64,000 nucleotides of DNA, taken from Candidatus Sumerlaeia bacterium. Its GTDB lineage: Bacteria; Sumerlaeota; Sumerlaeia; SLMS01; JANRJK01. Location: contig JANRJK010000046.1 in assembly GCA_033764015.1 (NCBI GenBank), forward strand, positions 128,001 through 192,000, read 5' to 3'. The notes under the pieces were generated by a model, which was given only the letters and a program-made list of their open reading frames with translations, ran no database searches and was not told where the DNA came from. The translations under genes and the position numbers were made by a program. This document shows positions 39,086-48,114 of the stretch, piece after piece. Numbering within the stretch: the first letter of the stretch is position 1; every line of letters starts with the position of its first letter.

Positions 39086-42000
39086 ATGCTCAATCAACCG
39101 AGCACGTTTCGAACCGCGCGCCCCACGGGGCATCCCTCCGTTGGCCGATCCCTTCCGTCCAGCGCCCCGAGGCCGGGACTCGGGGGGCTTCTGATCGCGC
39201 TCCTCGTCCTGCTGCTGGCGGCGGGATCGTTCCCTGTTGCCGCGGCTGCCGGCGAGCCGCTCGCCGACGCACCGCCGGAGGCGCAGCCCCTCGGCACCGG
39301 CGACGGGCGCATCCACGTGATCCCGTCGCTGGCGCCCTACTCGATCAAGAACGGCGAGAAGCTCACGCTCTCCGCCGTCGTCCGGTCGCAGCGCCCGGTC
39401 GCTTCCGTGGTGGCCGACCTCGGCGGCATGGCGCAGGTGACCCTCGAACCCAATACCCGTGCCGGCCTCGGCCAGATGGCCACCGGCGAGTCGGTCGCGG
39501 TCTACCAAGGCGAATGGACCGGCGCCGGCCTTGAGGAGAAGGTGTACGCCGTCACGCTCACCATCACCGACGTCGATGGCCACTCGTGGACCGACCACTC
39601 GCTAGCGTTTAGCGATCCTGCGGCGGGGAATTCGACGGTGGGGACGACAGCGTATCCGATGAGCAGAGTGGCTGGAGAGAACTTACAGTTCTCTGAAGCT
39701 TCCCTTTACTCCGGCGTGATCGATGCCGCGAACGGTTATGCGTATTTTGGGACTGGAGGTTATCCTGCGACAGTCGTCAAGGTAGCGCTTGGGAGCGGCG
39801 GCGCCCCTCCCGTCCGAGTCGGTGCCGTGCGTCTCAACACGGGCGAAGATGACTTGAGATGTGCCGTGATCGATCCCGTGAATGGTTACGCGTACTTCGG
39901 GGGAATCACCGGACGTATTGTGAAGATAGGGCTCGGGGCAGGTAGCGATCCACCAACGCGCGTGGGTGCCGTAACTCTCGATCCAGGGGAGGGTACTTTA
40001 TACTCTGCCGCGATCGATATTCAAAATGGTTATGCATACTTTGGAGCGCCCGACCGATTGGTCAAGGTAGCGCTGGGTGCTGGAAGCAATCCTCCCACCC
40101 GCATCGGTGCCGCATCCCTCAACGCCGGAGAAGGATCTATAGGCGCCACAGTTATCGATACCGCAAATGGATACGCGTACGTAGGAACCCGAGTCAGCCG
40201 ACCTGCCCGAGTGGTGAAGTTTGCGCTTGGCGCCGGAAGCGCCCCTCCTTCACGCGTCGGCGCAGTCACGCTGCTGACAGGCGAAAATGATCTATCCTCC
40301 GAAGCAATTGACGTGGCAAACGGATTCGCGTATTTCGGCACCTACACAACACCTGGAATTGTCGTTAAGGTGGCGCTGGGAGACGGCAGCGATCCTCCTA
40401 CGCGCGTCGGTGCCCTTACGCTGCAAACGGGCGAATCTGAGCTTGTGTCCGCGGTGATCGATATTGGAAGTGGATACCTTTACTTCGGTACCGACGAATT
40501 GGCGGCTTACTTGGTGAAGGTGGCAGTCGGTAGCGGTAGCAATTCCCCCACTCGTATTGGTAGAGTCAGTCTCTTGCCAGGAGAGAGCTATCTTCACTCC
40601 GCAGTAATCGATCCGGCCAACGGACATGCCTTCGTTGGAACTCTGACCAATCCGGCGCAGGTAGTAAAAATCTCGCTAGGAAGTGGTAGCAATCCCCCAA
40701 CCCGAGTTGCCGCCGTCACCCTTCACAGGGTTCAATCGTTCCCCAATAGCGCTGTTGTCGATCCCGCTACTAGACACGCATTTCTTGGCACAAATACAAG
40801 TCCCGGCCAGATCGTGAAGGTATCGCTGGGAAACGGGAGCAGTCCGCCCGAAAATGTCGGCTCCTTAATCCTCGACGCAGGCTTGTCCGAAATCGATCTC
40901 ACTACCGGTGTTATCGACCCCGCCAACGGCTACGCTTACTTTGGGACGGATACTACGCGTGGGCGGGTGATAAAAGTTGCACTTGGAGGCGGAAGCGATC
41001 CTCCAACCCGTGTTGGCTCCACCACTTTCAACACTGGTGAAGACAGTATCGGCTGTGCCGTGATCGATGCCGCTAACGGGTACGCCTATTTTGGAACAAG
41101 AACGCTTCCCGCGCACGTTGTCAAGGTGGCTCTAGGCAGCGGGAGCAATCCACCTACTCGTGTTGGTGCCCTCACCCTTGGAGTGGAGGACAACGGCGGG
41201 CTTCGTTCTGCCGTGATCGACACTACCACGGGCCATGCATACTTTGGAAATGGAGGAGGCTCAGGCCGCGTGTTGAAGATTGCCCTGGGGAGCGGGGCCA
41301 ATCCGCCAACTCGGGTCGGCGCCGCCCCCCTTAACGCCGGGGAAACTGGCCTCGCGTGCGCCATCGCCGACATTGCCAACGGCTACGCTTACTTTGGTAC
41401 CACGACATCGCCAGGGCGGGTGGTGAAGGTGGCGCTCGGGAACGGAGCCGATCCCCCCACACGTGTGGGCGCAGTCACGCTCAACCCGGGGGAAGATATC
41501 CTCACGTGCGCCGTTGCTGACACTACCAACGGATACGCGTACTTCGGCACCTCAACATCGCCAGGGCGGGTGGTAAAGGTAGCGCTCGGGAGTGGGAGCA
41601 ATCCTCCCAGCCGCCTCAGCGCCATCACCATGACGGCTTCGGAAGAGCGATTTTTCATATCCGCCGCTATGGACCCTAACGAACGGTACCTCTATCTGGG
41701 AACCAGCACCGCTCCGGGAAAACTGGTAAAGGTCTCGCTAACTCCCGTCGGTCTACTCAAAGGAACCCGATTCACCATCCCCGAGGGCCTCGTCTCCGTC
41801 ACCGATGTCCGTATGCATAGTCACGCCGCCGTCGGCAACGTTCGCATGGCGATCTACGACAACGCGGAACCGAAGAACCTCCTCTGGCAGTCCGGTGAGG
41901 TCGCGAACACCGCAGCGAATTCCACGTTGACGGTTCCGATCAGCTCAGGAACGCCGCCCACGCTGAACTTGGCGGCGGGCACCTACTGGGCCACATGGCA

Positions 42001-42196
42001 GATAGACTCCGACGCTCTGGTTCCGAGCTACACTCAAGGAACCATCGGCGATGGATTCTTGTTTGCGCAGCCTTTCGGCGATGCGCCTGCCACGCTTTCT
42101 GCTTCCCAGATCGGTACCACCGATGAGGTCTGGACCCAGTGGATCACCTACGTGGACCTCTCCTCCGTCGATGACTGGAACCTGATGGACTACTAA
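39086..42196 (+). CDS. large exported tandem-repeat protein (14 x about 50 aa, probable double 7-bladed beta-propeller)
   Basis: Signal peptide LLIALLVLLLAAGS; repeat consensus SAVID.ANGYAYFGT...PG.VVKVALG.GS.PPTRVGA.TL..GE; ends LSSVDDWNLMDY. Confidence 0.9.
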   Translation: MLNQPSTFRTARPTGHPSVGRSLPSSAPRPGLGGLLIALLVLLLAAGSFPVAAAAGEPLADAPPEAQPLGTGDGRIHVIPSLAPYSIKNGEKLTLSAVVRSQRPVASVVADLGGMAQVTLEPNTRAGLGQMATGESVAVYQGEWTGAGLEEKVYAVTLTITDVDGHSWTDHSLAFSDPAAGNSTVGTTAYPMSRVAGENLQFSEASLYSGVIDAANGYAYFGTGGYPATVVKVALGSGGAPPVRVGAVRLNTGEDDLRCAVIDPVNGYAYFGGITGRIVKIGLGAGSDPPTRVGAVTLDPGEGTLYSAAIDIQNGYAYFGAPDRLVKVALGAGSNPPTRIGAASLNAGEGSIGATVIDTANGYAYVGTRVSRPARVVKFALGAGSAPPSRVGAVTLLTGENDLSSEAIDVANGFAYFGTYTTPGIVVKVALGDGSDPPTRVGALTLQTGESELVSAVIDIGSGYLYFGTDELAAYLVKVAVGSGSNSPTRIGRVSLLPGESYLHSAVIDPANGHAFVGTLTNPAQVVKISLGSGSNPPTRVAAVTLHRVQSFPNSAVVDPATRHAFLGTNTSPGQIVKVSLGNGSSPPENVGSLILDAGLSEIDLTTGVIDPANGYAYFGTDTTRGRVIKVALGGGSDPPTRVGSTTFNTGEDSIGCAVIDAANGYAYFGTRTLPAHVVKVALGSGSNPPTRVGALTLGVEDNGGLRSAVIDTTTGHAYFGNGGGSGRVLKIALGSGANPPTRVGAAPLNAGETGLACAIADIANGYAYFGTTTSPGRVVKVALGNGADPPTRVGAVTLNPGEDILTCAVADTTNGYAYFGTSTSPGRVVKVALGSGSNPPSRLSAITMTASEERFFISAAMDPNERYLYLGTSTAPGKLVKVSLTPVGLLKGTRFTIPEGLVSVTDVRMHSHAAVGNVRMAIYDNAEPKNLLWQSGEVANTAANSTLTVPISSGTPPTLNLAAGTYWATWQIDSDALVPSYTQGTIGDGFLFAQPFGDAPATLSASQIGTTDEVWTQWITYVDLSSVDDWNLMDY
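39690..41740 (+). repeat. 14 degenerate coding repeats of about 150 bp
   Basis: Counted in the translation; units 12 and 13 share near-identical DNA (ACATCGCCAGGGCGGGTGGT) 150 bp apart. Confidence 0.88.
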
Positions 42197-42221
42197 GTCG
42201 CCCGAGGCTCGGAGCAGCACG

Positions 42222-42260
42222 ACTCCCCCGGGGCGTCAGCACAGGCCGCCCCGGGGGAGT
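42222..42260 (+). terminator. hairpin downstream of the propeller gene
   Basis: 14-bp stem ACTCCCCCGGGGCG/CGCCCCGGGGGAGT. Confidence 0.6.
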
Positions 42261-42382
42261 TGCTCTTGGCGCCTTGCCGCGCCCCCCCCCCCCGGAATTC
42301 CCCTCGCAACCGCGTCCGAAACCGGGCAAACCGCTGCGGCGGTGCTTGGCGCCGCGCCATTCCTTGCTGGAGGTACGCCGCC

Positions 42383-43249
42383 GTGACTGCTTTGCGTGTG
42401 TGCTTTGCCGCGTTGGCGGCTTGCGCCGTCCTCTCCACCGCCGCCGCCCAGGAGGCGCCCAAGATGCAATCGTTCGTATACTTCATCGAGCCCGCGCGCC
42501 CGGAGATGATCCAGAGCCCCACGGAGGAGGAGTCGCGCCTGATCGGCGAGCACTTCCGGATGCTCAAGGCGGCGACGGAATCGGGGCGCGTGTTGCTGGC
42601 GGGGCCGTCGCTCGAGCCGCCCCACACCGGCATCGTGGTGTTCACCGCGAAGGACCGCGCGGACGCGGAGGCGTTCCTCGCGACCGACGCCGCCGTCGCG
42701 GCCGGTGTGTTCAAGGCGCGCCTGGCGCCGATGGCGGTGTCGCTGATGGCGGGGCGCGATACGGAGACCGACTTCGGCCGCCGCCACGGGACCGCGCCGA
42801 TCCGCGAGCAGCGCATCACGAAGACCGCCGAGCTGCACTGCACGCTCGACGAGGCGTGGGACGCCTGGACCTCGTCCGAGGGCATGGCCGCGTGGTGGGT
42901 GGAGGAGTCGCGGATCGATCCGCGCCCCGGCGGCAAATTCGAGCTCTACATGGGCCCCGGCGAACCGGGCCAGCGCGGCAGCGAGGGGTGCCGCGTGCTG
43001 AGCGTCCTGCCCAAGCGCATGTTCTCCTTCGAGTGGAACGCGCCGCCCTCGTTCCCCGAGTGGCGCGCCAAGCGCAAGAACCACGTCGTGCTCGAATTCG
43101 CCGAGTCCGCCCCCGGAAAGGTGTCCGTCACGCTGACGCACCTCGGCTGGCAGGAGGACGAGGAGAGCCAGAAGGTTTATGCGTACTTCGACCGCGCATG
43201 GGGCTATGTGATGGGGCTGCTCGAGAAGCGCTTTCCCGCGCCGGGCTGA
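42383..43249 (+). CDS. exported YCII + SRPBCC (AHSA1-like) fusion
   Basis: SD GGAGGT + GTG; signal peptide; EHF..LK...GRVLLAGP...DAAV.AGV; AWDAWTSSEGM..WW, IDPRPGGKFE, FEWNAPP. Confidence 0.82.
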   Translation: MTALRVCFAALAACAVLSTAAAQEAPKMQSFVYFIEPARPEMIQSPTEEESRLIGEHFRMLKAATESGRVLLAGPSLEPPHTGIVVFTAKDRADAEAFLATDAAVAAGVFKARLAPMAVSLMAGRDTETDFGRRHGTAPIREQRITKTAELHCTLDEAWDAWTSSEGMAAWWVEESRIDPRPGGKFELYMGPGEPGQRGSEGCRVLSVLPKRMFSFEWNAPPSFPEWRAKRKNHVVLEFAESAPGKVSVTLTHLGWQEDEESQKVYAYFDRAWGYVMGLLEKRFPAPG

Positions 43250-44373
43250 GGGCGCTCCGCCATGAGGCGGCGGTAGAGCTCGAGCTGCGCGCCGAGCACC
43301 GCGTCCCAGGACTGCTCCGCGGCGAAGGCGAGCGCGCGCTCGCGCATCGCGGTGCGCAGCGCCGCGTCGCCGAGCAGCTCCGCGAGGCGCGCGGCGACCG
43401 GCCCGGGCTCGGCGCGCTCCGCCACGAGGCCCGCGCCGGAAGCCTCGATCAGCGCGGCGATCGACGTGCCCGCCACGCCCACCGCCGGCAGGCCGCTCGC
43501 CATGCCCTCGAGCACCACATTGCCGAAGGTCTCGGTGACGGAGCAGAACACGAGCACGTCCGCGCTTGCGTAGGCGGACCAGAGGTCCTCCCCGTGAAGG
43601 TAGCCGGGGAAGAACGCGTCCGGCGTGCGGCGTTCGAGCCACCCGCGGCGCGGTCCGTCGCCGAGCCACATCAGCCGCGCGGCGGGGAACCGCTCGCGGA
43701 TGCCGGCCCACGCCTCCGCGACCAGCTCGACGTTCTTCTCGGACACGAGCCGCCCTGCGTAGGCGACGAGGACGCCGCCCTCCGGCACGCCGGCGCGGCG
43801 GCGCAGCTCCTCCGACCGGCGCCCGGGGTGGAAGCGCTCCCGGTCCACGCCGCGCGGCCACGGGACCAGCTTGCCGATGCCGTGCGCGGCCAGCTCCGCC
43901 TCGATCGGCTTCGTCGGCACCAGCACGGCGTCGCACTGGTTGTAGAACTTGGCGAAGTCGCGCCACAGCCACCCTTCGAGGAACCCCGCGCCGTAGTAGC
44001 GCAGGTAGGTGGGGAAGTGCGTGTGGTACGCGCCGACCACCGGCACGCCGCGCGCGCGCGCCCAGCGCAGCACGCAGCGCCCGCCGAGGTCCGGCGTGCC
44101 GATCTGCACGAGGTCCGGACGCCACGCGTCGAGCTTTCGCCAGACCGGCGCGCGCCGCGGCAGCGCCACCGCGTAATCGGTGTAGGCGGGAAAGGCGATC
44201 TTGGGCAGCGGGAAGATCTCCGAGCGCACGCCCGCGCCAGGCTTCGGCGGGAGCGGCGTCAGGACCAATTGCTCGACCCCCTCCGCCCAGAAGCGGTCGT
44301 GCTGCCGCATCAGCGTCGTCATGGTGCCGTCTTGGCCGGGCTGGAAGGTGCCGTGGTAGATCGCGAGTCGCAT
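43204..44373 (-). CDS. GT4 glycosyltransferase
   Basis: YHTHF..Y, RGVD.ERF.P, AGRLV.EKN, ETFGNVVLEGMASGLP. Confidence 0.92.
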   Translation of the reverse strand: MRLAIYHGTFQPGQDGTMTTLMRQHDRFWAEGVEQLVLTPLPPKPGAGVRSEIFPLPKIAFPAYTDYAVALPRRAPVWRKLDAWRPDLVQIGTPDLGGRCVLRWARARGVPVVGAYHTHFPTYLRYYGAGFLEGWLWRDFAKFYNQCDAVLVPTKPIEAELAAHGIGKLVPWPRGVDRERFHPGRRSEELRRRAGVPEGGVLVAYAGRLVSEKNVELVAEAWAGIRERFPAARLMWLGDGPRRGWLERRTPDAFFPGYLHGEDLWSAYASADVLVFCSVTETFGNVVLEGMASGLPAVGVAGTSIAALIEASGAGLVAERAEPGPVAARLAELLGDAALRTAMRERALAFAAEQSWDAVLGAQLELYRRLMAERPQPGAGKRFSSSPIT

Positions 44374-44414
44374 GGTGCGGCGAACGTGCGCGCACCCGGC
44401 GCCGCGCGGCAAGG

Positions 44415-44834
44415 CTAGGTGCCGTTGCTGAAGCCCCAGGGGAACCGGCGGGCGGCGAGGGCGGCGACGAGTTCACCCACGGGCAGCCCTTCGGACCCTG
44501 CCACTTCGTCTAGGATTCGCAGGCCGTTGCGTGCGGGTGTGTCGCCGCCGGCTGCGCCGGTGTGGAGCACGAGGAGCCGCACGCCCGCGAGGGCCGCGGC
44601 GGCGGCCTGCAGCGTCGGCATCAGCTCGCGGTTGCCGCCGAATGCCCCGCAACCCCAGTAGCCGGAATGCACCACCGCCGGAAGCCCGGCGGCCTGCGAG
44701 CGCAGAACGGCGGCGCGGAAACCGGAGTAGGCGTTCGAAAGCGTCCACTCGATCTCGCGCTCCGTCTAGACGCCCGCGCCGCCCGCAAGCGCCGCGATGG
44801 CGATCAGGTGCGAGACTTCGGGCGGATCGCAAAC
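44415..44834 (-). pseudogene. poly(ADP-ribose) glycohydrolase (PARG)-like 3' remnant
   Basis: AYSGF...HSGYWGCGAFGGN; in-frame TAG at 44766-44768; no start codon or N-terminal half. Confidence 0.75.
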
Positions 44835-44908
44835 ACTTTGCGGACAAGACTCTACTTGACGCCCGCACCTCAGCGCTGGGAGACTTTCATCAATGAGGTG
44901 AATACTAG

Positions 44909-46210
44909 ATGAGCATCACTCCTACAACAGTAATTGGCCGCATCGCAATCGAAGGCTTCAAGTCGATCGGAGCCGAGACATCTATTCAGCTCTGCCCTCT
45001 CACCATATTGGCAGGAGCAAACAGCAGCGGAAAGTCTTCCTTCATGCAACCACTCTTGCTGCTCAAGCAAACACTTGATGCAGCAACCGACCCCGGTCCC
45101 CTCAAGCTTGACGGGCCGCATGTTCGCTTCACAAGCTTTGATCAGCTGTTGAGCAAGTCGGTAAAGGGCGACAACCGGAGACTGAAGATCACGGTTGGCT
45201 GGACGAAAGAAATGATCACAAGCCATTCATTCTCCCAACCTGCTGGCAAGGGGCAGTTGATCACTCTTGAGGAAATGGGATTTAAGGATAAGAAGCAGGA
45301 CGTAGTCATCAGGGAGGGCGCGAGTGTTTCATCACTCAAAGTTAGTCTCTCCTCGACTGCACTTCGAGACTTTTCCCAAAACGGCAAGTTTACACGAACT
45401 CGCTTTTACTATTCATTGGCACTGCAGGGCAGTCAGGGATTGTCTTTATTTGGCCCCTGGCCCCCAAATTTTGGATGGTCTGCCTTGCAAGTCCTCAAGG
45501 GAATTGTGCATGTTCCAGGGCTTAGAGGGCAGCCGTCCCGCACCTATCGGAGAACTGGCGTTCCGAGATCATTTGATGGACCTTTTGATGACTTTGTCGC
45601 TAGCGTTGTCCATCAGTGGCAAGCCGCCAATACCGACGACAACAAAAACAAGCTGGCTCAGCTAAATGAGGACTTGTCCGCACTGGGATTGACATGGAAG
45701 GTAAGGGCGGTTCCGGTCAATGATGTCGAAATTGAGATTAAAGTGGGGCGTCTCGGAAAGTCAGGTCGCGGCGGCTCTCATGATCTCGTCAGTATCGCTG
45801 ACGTCGGTTTCGGTGTCTCCCAGTGTTTGCCTGTCGTGGCTTCGCTGATCGCAGCGCCAGCCAAATCGCTTGTGTATATCGAGCAGCCAGAGCTTCACTT
45901 ACATCCGAGAGCGCAGCGCCTCCTTGCTCCGCTTGTGTTGAGAGCCGTGTTACGGGGTGTCCAAGTCGTATTAGAAACCCATAGTAGCTTGCTGCTGAAC
46001 GAGTTTTGTACTCTGGTCGCACAAGGCAAGCTTGACCGAAAGTATCTTGCACTCCATTGGGCGTCGAGGGACGACGTTGGTCAGACCTGCGTCCGGACGG
46101 CAGAGATTCAGCCGGACGGCTCTTATGGGGACTGGCCCCAAGACTTCGATGATGTAGCTCTCTCTGCTGAGGTGGATTATCTGAAGGCTGCTCAGTCTGC
46201 GGGGGGTTAG
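44909..46210 (+). CDS. ABC-type ATPase (AAA_15/AAA_21-like) with DUF3696-like tail
   Basis: IEGFKSI, GANSSGKS, VGFGVSQ, YIEQPELHLHP, LETHS, DGSYGDWP..F; low GC. Confidence 0.9.
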   Translation: MSITPTTVIGRIAIEGFKSIGAETSIQLCPLTILAGANSSGKSSFMQPLLLLKQTLDAATDPGPLKLDGPHVRFTSFDQLLSKSVKGDNRRLKITVGWTKEMITSHSFSQPAGKGQLITLEEMGFKDKKQDVVIREGASVSSLKVSLSSTALRDFSQNGKFTRTRFYYSLALQGSQGLSLFGPWPPNFGWSALQVLKGIVHVPGLRGQPSRTYRRTGVPRSFDGPFDDFVASVVHQWQAANTDDNKNKLAQLNEDLSALGLTWKVRAVPVNDVEIEIKVGRLGKSGRGGSHDLVSIADVGFGVSQCLPVVASLIAAPAKSLVYIEQPELHLHPRAQRLLAPLVLRAVLRGVQVVLETHSSLLLNEFCTLVAQGKLDRKYLALHWASRDDVGQTCVRTAEIQPDGSYGDWPQDFDDVALSAEVDYLKAAQSAGG

Positions 46211-46214
46211 GATC

Positions 46215-46679
46215 ATGCCACTTAGAGTAGTCGTTGACGCGTGCGTAGGTAGATCTGCAGGGGAGAAGAAAGTTGGAAGTTCACTGGCATGTGCCAACTG
46301 TCTTATGGAGATTCGCGAAAAAACCGCACACAAGGCGGTCATGACAAATCAGTTGCGTGCTGAGTGGCAGAAGCATGCTTCAAAAATTGCTGTAATGTGG
46401 CTAACCGCAATGCAAAGAGCCGGTCGCGTTACAAGTATCTCGAACCCGCAAACAGTTCCCGTCGAGCTGAAAAACTATCCATCTAGTGAGAGGAGGGCGA
46501 TCAGCAAGGACATTCACTTGTTCGAGGCTGCGCACTCAACCGACCGCACAATCATAACGATCGAAAAGCGTTGCCTTAACGCATTGTCGAGCAGGGAGGA
46601 AGGAATGCAATTCTTGTGCACGATCGAAATTTACAATCCAATTGAAGATGACATTGAAGTTCTTCGAGCTTGGGGCTAG
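46215..46679 (+). CDS. PIN-like nuclease candidate
   Basis: N-terminal VVVDA; KDIHLFEAA...DRTIITIE; 4 bp downstream of the ATPase. Confidence 0.62.
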   Translation: MPLRVVVDACVGRSAGEKKVGSSLACANCLMEIREKTAHKAVMTNQLRAEWQKHASKIAVMWLTAMQRAGRVTSISNPQTVPVELKNYPSSERRAISKDIHLFEAAHSTDRTIITIEKRCLNALSSREEGMQFLCTIEIYNPIEDDIEVLRAWG

Positions 46680-46946
46680 TCTGCAACAAGTGATTCTTCT
46701 GCGAAACCATTAGGCACGAGAAAGTGTTTCTGTTTGATATCGTGCTGCCCTCGCTCCAAGTCTTCGGCTACGGTGCAGTATTGGTCGGCGCGCAAACGCT
46801 TTTCGAGCAATAGTTGGGGAGCTTTCCTCTTGCTGATGCACCCAAGGGAGCGAATCTAGACTGGATTTAGAATTGGGCGGGGTCGGACTCACCCCGCGTC
46901 CCCCCCACTCGGCGACCCCTCCGCACGACTCATCCGCCCCGCCACA

Positions 46947-47054
46947 GAACCTCGTCGTGCGGACGTTCGCATGGCCGAGCGACTCCTGCATTATCGCGAC
47001 GTCGGTCCAGTGCTCCGGAGCGTCGGCTGCGGCGGTCGCCCGCAAGGAGTGGCG
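46947..47054 (-). pseudogene. tyrosine recombinase C-terminal remnant
   Basis: RHSLRATAA (HxxR) ... MQESLGHANVRTTRF, with Phe at the catalytic Tyr position; no upstream domain. Confidence 0.7.
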
Positions 47055-47266
47055 TTGACGACGGGCTCCGGGTGGGGGTGCGGGCCGAGCGGTGCGGGAG
47101 GATCGAAGAAATGGGTTCACGCGAGGCCGCGAGGACGCGAAGCGGGGCCACGGTGCGGCCGCGGGAGGCGTTGGGGCGGCTGGGCGTGCGGGGGAGAGCG
47201 GTGGCTCCTGCGTTCGCTCCCGTTTTGCCCGTGACGCCCGGGGGCGCGGGCGCTCTCCTACGGCCC

Positions 47267-47881
47267 ATGAACGATCCCGCCTCGCATTTCGACAACATCT
47301 ACCGCAACGCCGGCGGCGACGCGGTGTTCGTCCCCTGGGCGGACCTGGCGCCGAACCCGCACTTGCTGGAGTGGCTCGGGCGCGCGGACGCGCCCGCGGC
47401 GGGGATCCGCGCGCTGGTGGTCGGTTGCGGGCTCGGCGACGATGCGGAGGAGCTGGCCCGGCGCGGTTACGCGGTGACGGCGTTCGACATCGCGCCGACC
47501 GCCGTCGAGTGGGCGCGCGGGCGCTTTCCCGGTTCGCCGGTCGCTTACCGCGTGGCGGACCTGTTGGCGCCGCCGGCGGAGTGGGCGGGGGCCTTCGATC
47601 TGGTGCTCGAGAGCTACACGGTGCAGGCGCTGCCGCGGGCGATGCGGGCGCGGGCGGTGGCCGGCGTGCGGGGCTTGGTGGCGCCGGGGGGGCGCGCCGT
47701 GGTGATTGCGCGGCGATTTCTGGAGGGCATGAACGCGGAATCGGGCCCGCCGTGGCCGCTCACCGAGGCGGAGCTGGCGCTCTTCGCGGAGCCGCCGCTC
47801 CGCGTGTTGTCGGTCGGGCGCGTGGCGGACCATACTGGCGAACGGACCGCGCGCTGGCGCGCGGAGTTCATCCGGGAGTAG
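47267..47881 (+). CDS. class I SAM-dependent methyltransferase (TPMT-like)
   Basis: VPWA, ALVVGCGLGDDA, FDIAPTAV, GPPWPL. Confidence 0.88.
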   Translation: MNDPASHFDNIYRNAGGDAVFVPWADLAPNPHLLEWLGRADAPAAGIRALVVGCGLGDDAEELARRGYAVTAFDIAPTAVEWARGRFPGSPVAYRVADLLAPPAEWAGAFDLVLESYTVQALPRAMRARAVAGVRGLVAPGGRAVVIARRFLEGMNAESGPPWPLTEAELALFAEPPLRVLSVGRVADHTGERTARWRAEFIRE

Positions 47882-48114
47882 CGCCCGCGCGGAGCCGCGG
47901 ATGGAGCGGAAGTCCGCTTCTTGCAAGGAGAATCTTCGAAAAATCGTCCCGCCCGCCAGCCCCGCCGCAAAGCGGGGCAAGCACGAATTGCGCAATCCCC
48001 CTTGCATTTGCGACGGCGCCCGGAGAGCATCCGGCGTTCCTTGGGGAAGGATGCTCCTCCGGCCTCTGGAACACGCTCAACATCCGTGTTCCGCAGGACG
48101 CTCCAAGAACCACG

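Noticed and set aside
39690..41740. CRISPR-like or DGR repeat array
   Set aside because: The repeats are in-frame, synonymously diverged coding units; there are no identical repeats with spacers, and no cas or reverse transcriptase genes in the window
44760..44775. TAG read-through (pyrrolysine or recoding) in the PARG-like frame
   Set aside because: The gene is also 5'-truncated, and TAG is used as a normal stop elsewhere in the window
46680..46950. Integron attC site next to the integrase remnant
   Set aside because: No convincing R''/R' core sites, and the remnant is too short to call IntI
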